A stretch of DNA of 64,000 nt from positions 13,766,735 through 13,830,734 of the forward strand of contig CM119266.1 of NCBI GenBank assembly GCA_051294375.1, given 5' to 3'. Both the position numbers and the translations under genes were made by a program. Origin of the DNA: Paraspadella gotoi (lineage: Eukaryota > Animalia > Chaetognatha). The notes beneath the pieces were generated by a model, which did no database searches, was not told the origin of the DNA, and saw only the letters and a list, made by a program, of their open reading frames with translations. Positions 36,692-48,027 of the stretch are shown in pieces. Positions within the stretch are counted from its first letter, which is position 1. The number at the start of each line of letters is the position of its first letter.

Positions 36692-37101
36692 ACCCATTCA
36701 CCCATCCACGTCTCCTGATGCCGTTGTTAATCACGACGCAACGCTTCGTCATTCTGCCCGACTCTGGCGAGGGCGGCGAGGCGAATCGCGGAGAGGCTGA
36801 ATGCCGCCTCTAATTTCTGAGGTCGTCAAAAAACCATCATAACACTCCGCCCTATCGCTCAAGATCTCTTCCGAGATTATCGGGCATTGTCAAGTTCCAA
36901 AAAGTTCCATTTCGTCAGTTGCAAAAACTGTTTACATTGTCAAAATGTTTGATTTGTGATTTTATTTCCAACGGAAGGATTGACGCACATAATTCCGTGT
37001 TTCACGTTTCCCAAAAATCGTTGCTCTTTTTGCCTAAAACGTTTATTATATATCTGAGTGAAGAAACTTACCTTCTTGGGAGAAAGTAAGAATTATGTTA
37101 G

Positions 37102-38274
37102 TAGGGGCCGGAGCTTCCATGAAATCATTCGAATCGGCAAGCATTCGTGTGTCCCGATGGTGCCAAAATCCTTTCTGTCTGCCTCTTTTCAAAGTTGCTC
37201 ATGGTTTTAGCAAAATCGATTAATCTACTTGAAAACGGGTAAAAGAATCCCCAGTACATTTCGTCATCTAATAGAAAGCTCAAAAAAATATTTGCCATAG
37301 CTATTGTTCAAGAGATGGATGAGAAACAATGAGCAGAAAAATTACAAAGCAAGTAAAGTCGTGGTTTTCAGTCCAAAAAAGAAAATCCTCCAGTGCAAGA
37401 AAACATTATGTTTTGGATTTATATATATAGAAGAAAACCAACGCGAAAACATGACGTTCGCTAGGCCTGATACAAATCGTCTCTGGTGATTAATTGACAA
37501 CACTGAAAAGTTTGTTGAGATGAAGGTACAGCATTAGGCTCACGGTCAGTCCTTCTTCCCCTTTGTAAATAACAATTTCCATTCACGTTAAAAGCCCTGA
37601 AGTTGTTAAAATAAGGATATAAAAAAAAATTAAAAGGTTACATAGGCTAGTCTTTGAAATCAGAAGATGAGAAAGTGGAAAGACTTTACTTCGAGTTCGT
37701 TACGTCGGCTGATTCCTGTGTTTCTTTTCCTAAAAAACTCACAAATTTTCCGTTTGAAACAGAATTACAAAAAGTTGAAATTCTAAAGTTATAGTAATAA
37801 CCTAAATAATTTATCCGGTAGACAAAGTATACGATACAGAAAAAAAAATGTTGAGCTGAGGTGATTATACTAATGTTTACTAGATTGCCTTGATTTTTAA
37901 TTGATTTTGTGCAGTTTATTACTTCTTTATTTTATGTAGCGTTTGTCGAACGAATTATATAAAAATGTACAAATATTGGATGCGATTATATTCAGCGCCA
38001 GCAATCTTAGGATAGTTAGCATAAAAAAAAGTTGAGTGCAATAAAAAATATTTTTAAAAATTTGACTATTGAAAAAATATGTGATTTTACTTTATGAACC
38101 TAATTTGCATATTCGAGTAACGTTTTTTTGGGCTTGCCGCAACTAATTGTGTTTATATCATGCACCATTTATATATTACATAACTTGCTGTAATTGTCTC
38201 CTACGTGGTTTAAATGCCGACTGAACGCCAAAAAACTCTAATCGATGAAATTAAAGTGTAGCTCCGGCCCCCTA
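37102..38274. mobile_element. Non-autonomous hAT-like DNA transposon, about 1.17 kb
   Basis: TIRs TAGGGGCCGGAGCT / AGCTCCGGCCCCCTA. The flanks atgttag and atgtttag approximate an 8-bp TSD (one T indel). No transposase. Confidence 0.7.
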
Positions 38275-38721
38275 ATGTTTAGAAGTTCTCAAGCTTTTAC
38301 GNNNNNNNNNNNNNNNNNNNNNNNNNATTATTTAATGTAACGAATATTTTTAGAGGTTTAATTACAGTCACATAGTGTGTTCAAACAAGTTCACACAAAA
38401 GTTGCGTTAATTTTATCCAATTAATTTTTTTGGAAAATTTCAAGCTGTCTTTCTCTATATTTTTTCAATAGTAACCCTAGGCGGATCTTTTGAAAAAAAA
38501 GGGAACTCCGATTGTTTTTTCTAAAAGTTATAATCTTGTTGGAGATAGTATTTTATTTGTATATATAGTAGTAGTATAACAAATTCCTAGTATCGAATAA
38601 CATCGTAGTTGTTAGAGAATGCCTCCCGTCCTCGTTCGTCGTGCCTTGTGCCTCTCGGAGAAGTTACTTTCAGCGCAGCATTCGAATTTCCTCAGGGGTC
38701 TTCCTCTCGAATTGCATGTCA

Positions 38722-38910
38722 TACAGGTTAAAAATGGTTATTTTACTTTTACTTTCGTCGACGGTGAGGGGTGAGGGTAGGTGAGGGTTAAGGGTGTTTT
38801 GGGTTAGGGTAATGAGTAATATTTTTTTTTTAAATTTTAAAATAAATATTTTTAAATAGATATACAAAAGCGCCAAAACCTGCTGTCGGCGAGGTAAATT
38901 AGCCACCTAG
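38722..38910 (+). mobile_element. Possible Helitron-like non-autonomous fragment with internal (GGGTTA)-like repeats
   Basis: Degenerate ggtgag/gggtta repeats, then an imperfect hairpin acctgctgtcggcgaggt 11 nt before a terminal CTAG|T. Confidence 0.35.
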
Positions 38911-41023
38911 TTTTAAAAAGCCTTATTTAATTTTTTTATTTAAAATTTAGGCATTTTATTTATCATCGGCAAAGAGTTAAGTAAATGTTTCTGATGCCTC
39001 AAAGATGATCGCTTTGAATCTCATTGAGCATTGGATAAACTGCAAATACTACACAAAAATCCTACAAAAAAATATAAAGATACAAATATCAAGACTTATG
39101 ACGAATACCGAACCTTCAAAGAACCGCTTCTTCACGAACGCGATGACCGTTGGAAATCCCAAGTTCAGTTTTTTTTATGACGAATATCATATCCAGACTT
39201 TTTGACGTTGCCTGTGAAGTAAAAAATAGCAGAAAAGCGACAGGGGAACTCTTTATATGGGCGTACCAATGACTGAAGTTGAGGTAAAATTTAGGGACCA
39301 AAAAAAAGATGATAGAAAAATGTTTTGTGATAATTTTGTTTGATCGGCAGTGGAAGAAAAGCGCTGAACGAAAAGAAAAAAGAAAATGAAATCTCTCGAA
39401 AAAGAGAGAAGGAAGCCGCCTTCATGCGGAAAAAGATGAAAGTTGAATTAAACCGACGGATGGGGGCCGACCTTTTCACAGCCTTCTTTAACGAATCGAC
39501 CTTCCTTTTACACCTGATGAATCCGACGAGGCCCCAACTTCAAGCGCAGAAGGTATTTCAAAGAATCAGATGGAGACAGTGACTTTCCGTGAAGGAAAAA
39601 TACCCATTGTGAAATCGATTCCAACGAGCTCAAACCGGAGTATTTTAGCGGAAACTACATCACTTTAAAATCAAAAATATCATTGTTCAGAAGTCCAGCG
39701 ATTTGCAGGGGTCATTTTAAACTGCGAGAAATCTGTTCAGCTTGCCTTGGAAGTTTTTTGATGATGATCAAAGTACAATTGACCTCGACACGGGGCGCCA
39801 GATTCTTCCAACAATGACGCGAAACACAGTGAGAGAATTTAGTTTGCTCTTGATCAATCGTGGGAAAAAATTATCAATTCAAATCGACAACGTCAAATAC
39901 ATACCCACGACGATGGTCAAGAAGCAGGGAACGGCTCTTTTTCAGTTCAAGCATAACTGTTGATCACTTATTTTCCGCTTCCGACTTTACCATTGTGAGT
40001 TGAACAGAAGCAAATTTAAAAGAATTAAAAAAATATATTAACTATATTATTATAAGGAATAGGCCTCTGCTATCGTTCTCCGTCCCTCCCTTCGTCTTCT
40101 CGTTTCTTCTCTCTCGTTCTTTTCGAAATTTCAGTGCTCGACGTACATCCCGGATTAACCACTCTCTCTAAAAATATCTCTCCCTTTACTATTTTCTGTC
40201 TCTCTCTGCTCTCTCTCTTAGCATCTTGACGTTTAAGACATAAAATTGAAATTAAGAAAGGCGTCGGATCTTGTTGTCGTTGTTGGGTCGATGACGTACA
40301 AAAATGTGACTTTGAGAGAGGCGTTGCGCTGCGTCGTGACACTGTAGGAGTGATTTGGGGACGGCCAGCGTCTCTGCGCGACCGTCCGCCAATCGGGAGA
40401 CTTGGGCGATTCTCGACCCCCTCACATGAGCAAAAGATATAAAGCAACAACTCTGAAGCTATCAAGAGAAACCTTATAATAATTAATTTTTAGGTCTCCT
40501 TATTTTGCCTCATCTAATTTATGTGAAGGTGTTCTTAACAGCTTGTAAAGAATAAACTATTTCTGGCACATCCTACTTTTTTTGAACCAAAACCTTCTTT
40601 TATTATCACGATTTAATGAAAGAAAGAAAGGACGAGCAGAGAGAAAGATTCGATTAGCGAGGCAGTGGAGTCAGCATAACCAAAGAACCCGTAAGGCAAC
40701 TTTAGGCGGACAGTGTTCCCTTGCTGCAATGATTGCTACAAAAATGGGGGGGGGCAAAGGCGGGTGGGATAATGTGCTGCAAGACGGCCGTTGCTGCGAG
40801 CCTGACTCTAGGGCTCGATTGAACATTTATCTCCGAAGCATGGTGAAAGAAAGACGGCGATTTTCAAACGCGACGACGAGCGAACTTCAATTGGGTGTTT
40901 GGAAGGCCCTGAAAACGACCCGACTTCTACAGAATTTTAGCGCCCTCACTCTTGCGCACACAGCGCCAAATCGCTTTCGTCCATCGCCGTTAGTGTTTTC
41001 GCGCACGCGACGTCATCGACGAC

Positions 41024-44000
41024 ATGGAACCGGAACCGAAACACAGGGTGCGAAAACTCCGTCGCGACGGATTCGCCGCCCCCGCCACCGCTCCGACACG
41101 CAAATTGCCGCCAGCTATCCGCGGAACGATTGATGACTCTTCTCGGACAAATGAGAGCCAGATGATGCAGATGCAACAACAACAGGGGCAAGTTGCAGCT
41201 ACGATGCATTACTTTTGTCTAAGGAGGAGACTTCCGCTCCGCCTCATATTTCGGTTCGACGCGTCATTCTTTTTCGCCGCCGAGCGAGCACCGTCAGTTT
41301 TCGTCGACGTCTTTCGCGGTCAGTTTTCCCGGCGTCGCCCGGCGACCGTTTCTGCGCCCGCGCCCGTCATTTCCGCGTTCAATGGCCAGCTCCGCCGATT
41401 GTGGCCGTTAAGCTCTCACCTTCCCTCTTCGCGTTTGCATTTCGGAATCCGACGATCCGGCTACACAGAGGGCCGACGCCGTTGGCCCCACGACGAGATC
41501 GACGCGCCAGCCACGACGCCCACGACGATACGGCCGCTACGACTACGACCACTTCCGTGTACACCCCATAGCGACGGCAGCAGCCGCCGCCGCAGCGCCA
41601 CGCAATTGATGACCGACGATGTGGAATCCGTCGTCGTTCCTGTGGGATCGCCTGGGCCGCTTTCACAATACGAGCGCCGCTCCGACCAACTTTTCCAAAG
41701 TACGAGGATGGAGATCCTTGAGGAGCTTCGCTTTCGCCTTTGAGAGGAGGTGATGATCGAGTTGAGATGCCACGTAAGTTGGCGGGAAGTTTGTAGCGCT
41801 ACTAAAAGGAGTTCGCGCACCATGGCTACCAACTCATTCAAGCTAGGAAGGCCGCACAGGGATGGACGGCACGTACGACGAGGTAGCGCCGACCACCTCT
41901 TCGAAGGTTTTGGAACTTCACTTGATGAAGCAGCCGTCATGAGCTGGGAAAGCGCGGTGAAGAAGATAGGAAGAAACTGATGCTTATGTATTATTGCCGC
42001 ACGTCTCAAACCTCGCCGTCCGCGCCTATGGACGTGCAGTATTGATAACTACAAATCGAAACCAAGGTGACGGGAATCTTCATGAGAATTTGAGGGACCT
42101 CTGGACACAAAGTAAGGGAGATGTTGCCCTGGACTTTGGATCGCGCTTATCTCGTTCGCGCGATCGTATTGAGACGCAAGGATTACTCGGAAGAATCAAA
42201 GCCGTCGTCCACGCCCATGGTCATCCGGAAGCAGCGCCGCCAGCAGCGCCGTCCTCAAGAGCGCTGCAGGATCGTGTTGGCTTGCGGCGTCACAGGGCAT
42301 TAAAGGGGGGGGGAAAAGGATGATTGCTGGAAAATTATCAGAGAAGGCCCCAAAAATGGGAGGACCGCGCTTCAGAGATCAACGCAACCAAGTCAAGGGA
42401 CAGAAAGAAACCGGGGAAAGGGGGAGAAAGAAAGGGGACCACGCTCTCCCCCCGCCAACGTCTCAACCTTCACCCTCGTCCCCCGCCTCAATCTTAAACT
42501 GAAAGGCAGGCCGAGCCCACATCTCCGACGATTCGAGGGGAATGGATCTGCTTCAGGGAATAGCGACGACGTCTCCAAGGAACGGAAGTCCAGCGCTGCG
42601 CCGAGTACTACGCGTCTCCCGCGCGCCACCGGCTTCGCAGGGGATCACGAGCACCTGATGACAACGATTCCATTCCTAAGCAGACTGACGAGGACTCGAG
42701 CTCCGACGAGGAAGCGCCGCCACATTTCCGTCGACAGACGCCGTTCATCGAGGAGCACCGCTTCAATATCCGAGCACGACTATTTACCGGTTAGATTTAA
42801 ATATCGCCTTGGACCATTTATTTCCTGTACAAATTGCAAGTTGAAATTTTAGAGACCATGATCAATACTGGGCAGCGCGATCGCTTAAATTTACTTTTCT
42901 AAAGACATAATTACGTAAACCAATACATATTGAATATCCGTTGCGGAACGAGCAGTAAAGGTCATGGAATTGTGGGGTGATCTAGGCTGTTAGGCTCTGT
43001 TATATTAGTTCAAAAAAATAACACCCGAGAGATTGTCTTGTTCACATAGTACAGGAGAAAAGGCATTGTATTTTGGGTTTAATAAGAATGCAAGATTTGA
43101 ATGGTCATAGATACAAAAATCAAACCTGGACATTGTAACGGCAGATGGTTTAAAATATCGTGAGAAACGCGAGATGGGTAACGAGTCGAGTTGCCATTGG
43201 TAACCACTAAACAAGACTGTAATCTAATTGCATAGAACTGTCGTTATTCCCGCTAATTCGCAATAATAACTTTCTTATGTCGCCGATGATTTTCGCGCCG
43301 AGGAAACGCTCGAAATAGATTTGCCAATTCGCGTGTCGCGCTATGGAATCATTATTCCGCGTATATGTTTGTCTCGCCCAATTGAAAACCATTCCTGTGG
43401 TTAATTAAAATTGTTTTTCGCCGATGAAACTTGTATCGAGAAGTCGATGGGCGTTGGCCAAACCTTTGTATTGTTGCGGGAGTGAATGATGATGAATGAT
43501 TCAAGCCTGATTGAATCAATGAAGCATTGATGTGTGAAGTGAAGAGTCGCCCGACGGCATCCTATGAATGATGATTCTGTCTCAATCTGGATGAATGAAA
43601 AGAAAAACATAAAGTTAGGCAGTGTTAAGACGAAAATATCGAGCTATTAGTCCGCGGACAATGGACATGCGCCGCACGTCATGGTTGAATGCAAATTGCA
43701 ATTGCAAGAAGGGTAGTGACAACGGGTAATCGATTCCGCCGCGTCAGTTTCGCTTCGCCAAGCAGAACGGCTGCGGAAGAGAAAGCGCGTGAGCTTGAAA
43801 GACCATGATCATCACGCAGGTTTTGTAGTCAATCTGCTACAGAAGCTGCCAGGTATTATGTAAGAAAGTGAATGAAATGGCGTCGTGCACGAGAATGCAC
43901 GCTTCGCCATTGATTACCGGAAACTAAATCTGTCTACGGTTCCCAGGACGCAATGCCTCCCGAGGAATGGGAGATGTGTTTGCAATATTTTGGCATGCGT

Positions 44001-44170
44001 TGGTCTTTCGAAAATGATTTAAATTATGGGTTACATGATGATCCAATGTCACGAGCAGCACCATTGACATTGTTTTGAGGTTCCACAGCCGGTCAGTAAT
44101 GTGGACGTTCTCCCTTCGGCCTCAAAGTGGCCCGGCCGTATCACTGAGCTGATGGAACTCATTGCAATGG
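41024..44170 (+). mobile_element. Frameshifted Ty3/Gypsy LTR retrotransposon remnant (gag-PR-RT)
   Basis: Ordered motifs: Zn-knuckle-like C(W)ACGVTGH at ~42275-42300; protease-like MINTG/AARSL at 42858; RT RFAIDYRKLNLSTV at 43900-43941 and PFGLK at 44112-44126. Many indels; truncated before YxDD; boundaries and LTRs not defined. Confidence 0.7.
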
Positions 44171-44290
44171 CTCATATCTACTCTCTTTTTACGAGCGTGA
44201 AGCAGGTTTGTTTTAATGTTTCTTTACTCGATTTAATTTTGTATTGAGGTTTTTATTAATTCGTTTTATTTATCTTTTTATAGTCCAGCT

Positions 44291-44363
44291 TTCAATGCCG
44301 TTCAATGCCGTTCAATGCCGTTCAATGNNNNNNNNNNCCGTTCAATGCCGTTCAATGCCGTTC
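44291..44363. repeat. (TTCAATGCCG)n 10-bp minisatellite spanning a small gap
   Basis: Directly visible tandem units on both sides of a 10-N gap. Confidence 0.9.
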
Positions 44364-46191
44364 GTATCTCGATTGCTTCTACATTTGGTTAATTAATAAC
44401 GTAATTAACTGCAACACGATACTCGTCGCTTTCTTAGTCATGTTTATATTCGAGAACTCTACAATGATTCATATCATTACCCACTTTGTAATTTAGTTTT
44501 GCTCCAATATGGAGTTCTTGTAACTTTAAATTTCCGGATGCTCCTTTTTTCGCATTCCGTTTGCGTTCGCGAACTCGGAAAATCTTTTCACCGCTTTCAC
44601 CCTTCCCTCTTTTTAATTCCTCCTTCCACATTCAAAATAAAATTTAACATATTTTCAAGATAAAACGAGGTTACTTTCAATGAATTCAGAAAAGAAATTC
44701 GGAATGAATAATGAAGCGAGAGGTTTTTTTTTTGGGGGGGGGGAACGGGAAGACAGGGAGAGAGAGAGAGAGAAAGAGAGAGAAAGAGAGACAGAGAGAG
44801 TAAAAAAGAGGGATTAAAATGGCGGAAAAGAATTGTCGAGACGGTTAGAAAAGAGAAAGGTAGGGAAAGTGAGTAGTGAAAATCAGAAGCGTCTCTACGA
44901 ATTAAGGTGAAAATTAAAGGTGATGCTAAAGTAATGAATAATTAATATCTTTCACGATGAATTTTGGAAACTATTGAATGTTAGGTGACGCGAGAAATGT
45001 CACACGTAACCGTCTATCTATTAACGGACACCGCGAGTTCGTGAGTTCAGGTCACTTAGAACAAACGACGACGAAATTGACATCTTGACAAAAAAGGAAA
45101 ATTAAAAAAAAAAAAAAAATGAAAGAGAGAAAGAAAGAAAGAAAGAAAGAAAGATATATAAAAACATAGAAAGAAAAAAAAGGAGGAAAGCAAGAAAGAA
45201 AGGCCGGAAGGAATAATCGCGCCGACGTTAGGTTTGAAACGAAAATTAGTCATGCAAAGGGGTTGCGGCGAAAAAGTGGAAAGGGGGCGGAGAGAAAGAA
45301 GGAAATAACATTTAAAAAAAAAAGAGGAAAGATAAAAGAAAATGGAGAAAGGAGGGGAGGAAAAAAAATTTATGGAGGGAGGAAGAGAAAAATGATTAAC
45401 GCAAAATCGAGCGCCTAAACTGGAGGAAAGGGAAGGAAAAGTTTCCTCACCGTTTTCTATGGAAAAAAAAGGAAAGGAATAGGAGGAATGGGAGAAGGAA
45501 AGAGATAAGCGAAGAGAGAAAAAAAAAACAATTTGAAAAAATAAGAAAAAAAAGTGGAAACGAAAAGAGAAAAAAAAAAGAGGAAATAATTTTCTTTTTT
45601 CTTATAGTTTTCTTTACCACGCGTCGCGTATCTTGAACTCGACAGGCGCAACAAATTAAAACTGGTGGCTTAATAGTATTCCGAACGAATGGAAAGTCTA
45701 CGTGGAAAATGAGTCGGCGAGAAAAAAAAAATACTTCGAGGGGGATATTAGAAATATTTTTTTAGACGTTTATTTATTTACATTTTGCTCTTTCAAGCGA
45801 AAACGATATCACGTCAAGTGCTCTTTCACTTTTATTTATTAGATGACTATTTTGTTTATGACGTTTATCAAAGAAAGCTTGACAGAGAGGTATGAATGCT
45901 TTCTTTTTTGTCCATCAGAATGTATCATACAGAATGACATGATACATACATAAATGACAGGTGGAAAATTAGACACAATAGCTGTGACGGAAGTAGTTTT
46001 GTCATAACTCTTCGATCTGTGAGCAGAAAAATTAGTTTCCGACAGCTCGTTCGACAGTCGACATTTCTTGGTTCACCACAGCGCAGGTGTTTTGAGGCGC
46101 CGGTTCAATTGGTTTCCATTTTAGACCTTTAGAAAAAAAAAGAAAAAAAAGAAAGCAATGAATTAAGAACGAAACCAAAAAAATTAAAAAA

Positions 46192-46233
<42 letters not shown>

Positions 46234-46401
46234 AGGAAAGAAGGAAAGAAGGAAAGAAGGAAGGAAAAAAAAAAGAAAGAAAGAAAATCAAAGCACTGGA
46301 AAACTTGGTTAAAGAAAAAGCACCGTCAAACGGTTCCCAGCCGGCAAAACCCATCGGACTACCGTTTGAGAGCAACCAAAATCGTCAATTTCTCTCTAAC
46401 T

Positions 46402-46439
<38 letters not shown>

Positions 46440-47146
46440 ACGACTGCGGGTCGCACTCCGAGCGAGAAAGAGAGTTAGTATCACAGGTTCGCTAATGATG
46501 GCCATGGGTCTCCAGCCTCGCATAAATCATCGCCCGTAAATGACTCGAAAACACTTTCCTCGTGTTCGGAAGGGTTAACTTCTCCCTCGCCTCGAATCAA
46601 AACGCGATCCAAGTGACCAGAGAGAGAGAGAGAGAGAGAGAGATGAGAGACGAGAGAGAGAGAGTGAGAGAGAGAGAGAAAGAGAAGAGAGAGAGACTCC
46701 TTAACTGTCTGGCGTGAGATTCACGGGAGCGCAGCTGAAACTTTGATTATCTGTTAAAGCTCATTTATCAACATTTCGAAAAGAATGAAACCACATTTGA
46801 CTCCCAGGAGGAGAACGCGTTGGATTCGAAAAAGGGGGCGGAGAGGGGAGGGGGTGAGTTTTTGAAGGATAAATGGATGATTGGATAAAGGGAGAGAAGA
46901 CGGAATTCTGGGAGAAAAAGAAAAGAAAATATCCTGGAATCGATCTACGATCAGGAAATCAAATGTGGTAATGGTAAGAGAAGAGAAATTTTTTTTTCTT
47001 TCGTACGAATGTTGTTACATACAGGATATCAGCAGTTTTATAATCCTTTGGTGTTCACGAACGAAAACAAATCCTACCTTCTTGGTATCTGTGCTTAAAC
47101 GAAGTCGTTCCTAGAATTTTCCTATTTTTACGACCGTAAACATATC

Positions 47147-47217
47147 GGCCGCGTGGCCCTAATGGAGAAGGCGTCTGACTTCGAATCAGAAGATGAGGTT
47201 CGAGTCCCTTCGGGTCA
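47147..47217 (+). pseudogene. Defective copy of tRNA-Arg(TCG) (pseudogene or sequencing-error copy)
   Basis: Same sequence as 47449-47521 but with one extra C and three single-base deletions affecting the variable loop, T stem and acceptor stem; followed by TTTTT. Confidence 0.7.
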
Positions 47218-47448
47218 TTTTTGTCACAAAGCCCACTGAAACTTTTTATGGAGGTCATTGAGTGCTAAAAAGACCATCAGATACTGAATATAAGCTCAAA
47301 TTTTAAACGTAGTTAATTAAACTGAAAAAAAAAAGAAAAAAAAAAAAAAGAAATATCAGATACGTAGTAAAGCTCAAAATTAAACTACCTAACATTTTAC
47401 GAAGGCAGTGTAGAACACACATGTTAACATATGTCATCTATGAAGTGT

Positions 47449-47521
47449 GGCCGCGTGGCCTAATGGAGAAGGCGTCTGACTTCGAATCAGAAGATTGAGG
47501 GTTCGAGTCCCTTCGTGGTCA
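47449..47521 (+). tRNA. tRNA-Arg, anticodon TCG
   Basis: 73-nt cloverleaf GGCCGCG..TGGCCTAATGG (A box)..TCTGA-CTTCGAA-TCAGA..GGTTCGAGTCC (B box)..CGTGGTCA followed by a T5 Pol III terminator. Confidence 0.96.
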
Positions 47522-48027
47522 TTTTTCGCTAATAATAACATTTGTTTATTTTATTCTTATCTCATTCCCTGTGTAAATCAGCAATTTTTTTAAATACATT
47601 ATTTTTTTTTAAAGCTAAGCTGACTGTAAGTTGAATTAAATAAAAAAAAACTTCGATATAATCTTCATAAGAAATAAAAAAACAAGATTAATAGCCAAGC
47701 AACGCTCTTGTATCTATAAAACAGCAACACATTGACCGCAATAATAATGAAATAAAAAGCGAGAAATCATCGAATTTACGCAATTCTCAAGATGAACGAA
47801 TTCAATTTACAAAATGACGGATCGAGGAAGAAAATTATGGATCGACTAAATCGGTAGCTTTATCCCTAGAGACAAGAGTAAAGAGTTTTATTTTTAGTTG
47901 ACTGGGTCTGGGAGGGAAGTCTCTATTAGGAGACTGAAAGCTTCATAAAACGAAAAAAAAAAAAAAGTTAAAAAGAATACTAATTATGGTACAACACAGA
48001 ACCGCTCAATCCAGCCCTACCACCGAT

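Noticed and set aside
39340-39963. Short ORFs with protein-like composition (e.g. YIPTTMVKKQGTALFQFK)
   Set aside because: Possibly a frameshifted gene or TE fragment in error-rich sequence, but no family is recognisable with confidence.
46496-46522. TGATGGCCATGGGTCTCCAGCCTCGC resembles the 5' end of the HDV genomic ribozyme
   Set aside because: No complementary P1, P2 or P3 strands or catalytic J4/2 segment downstream; a chance resemblance.
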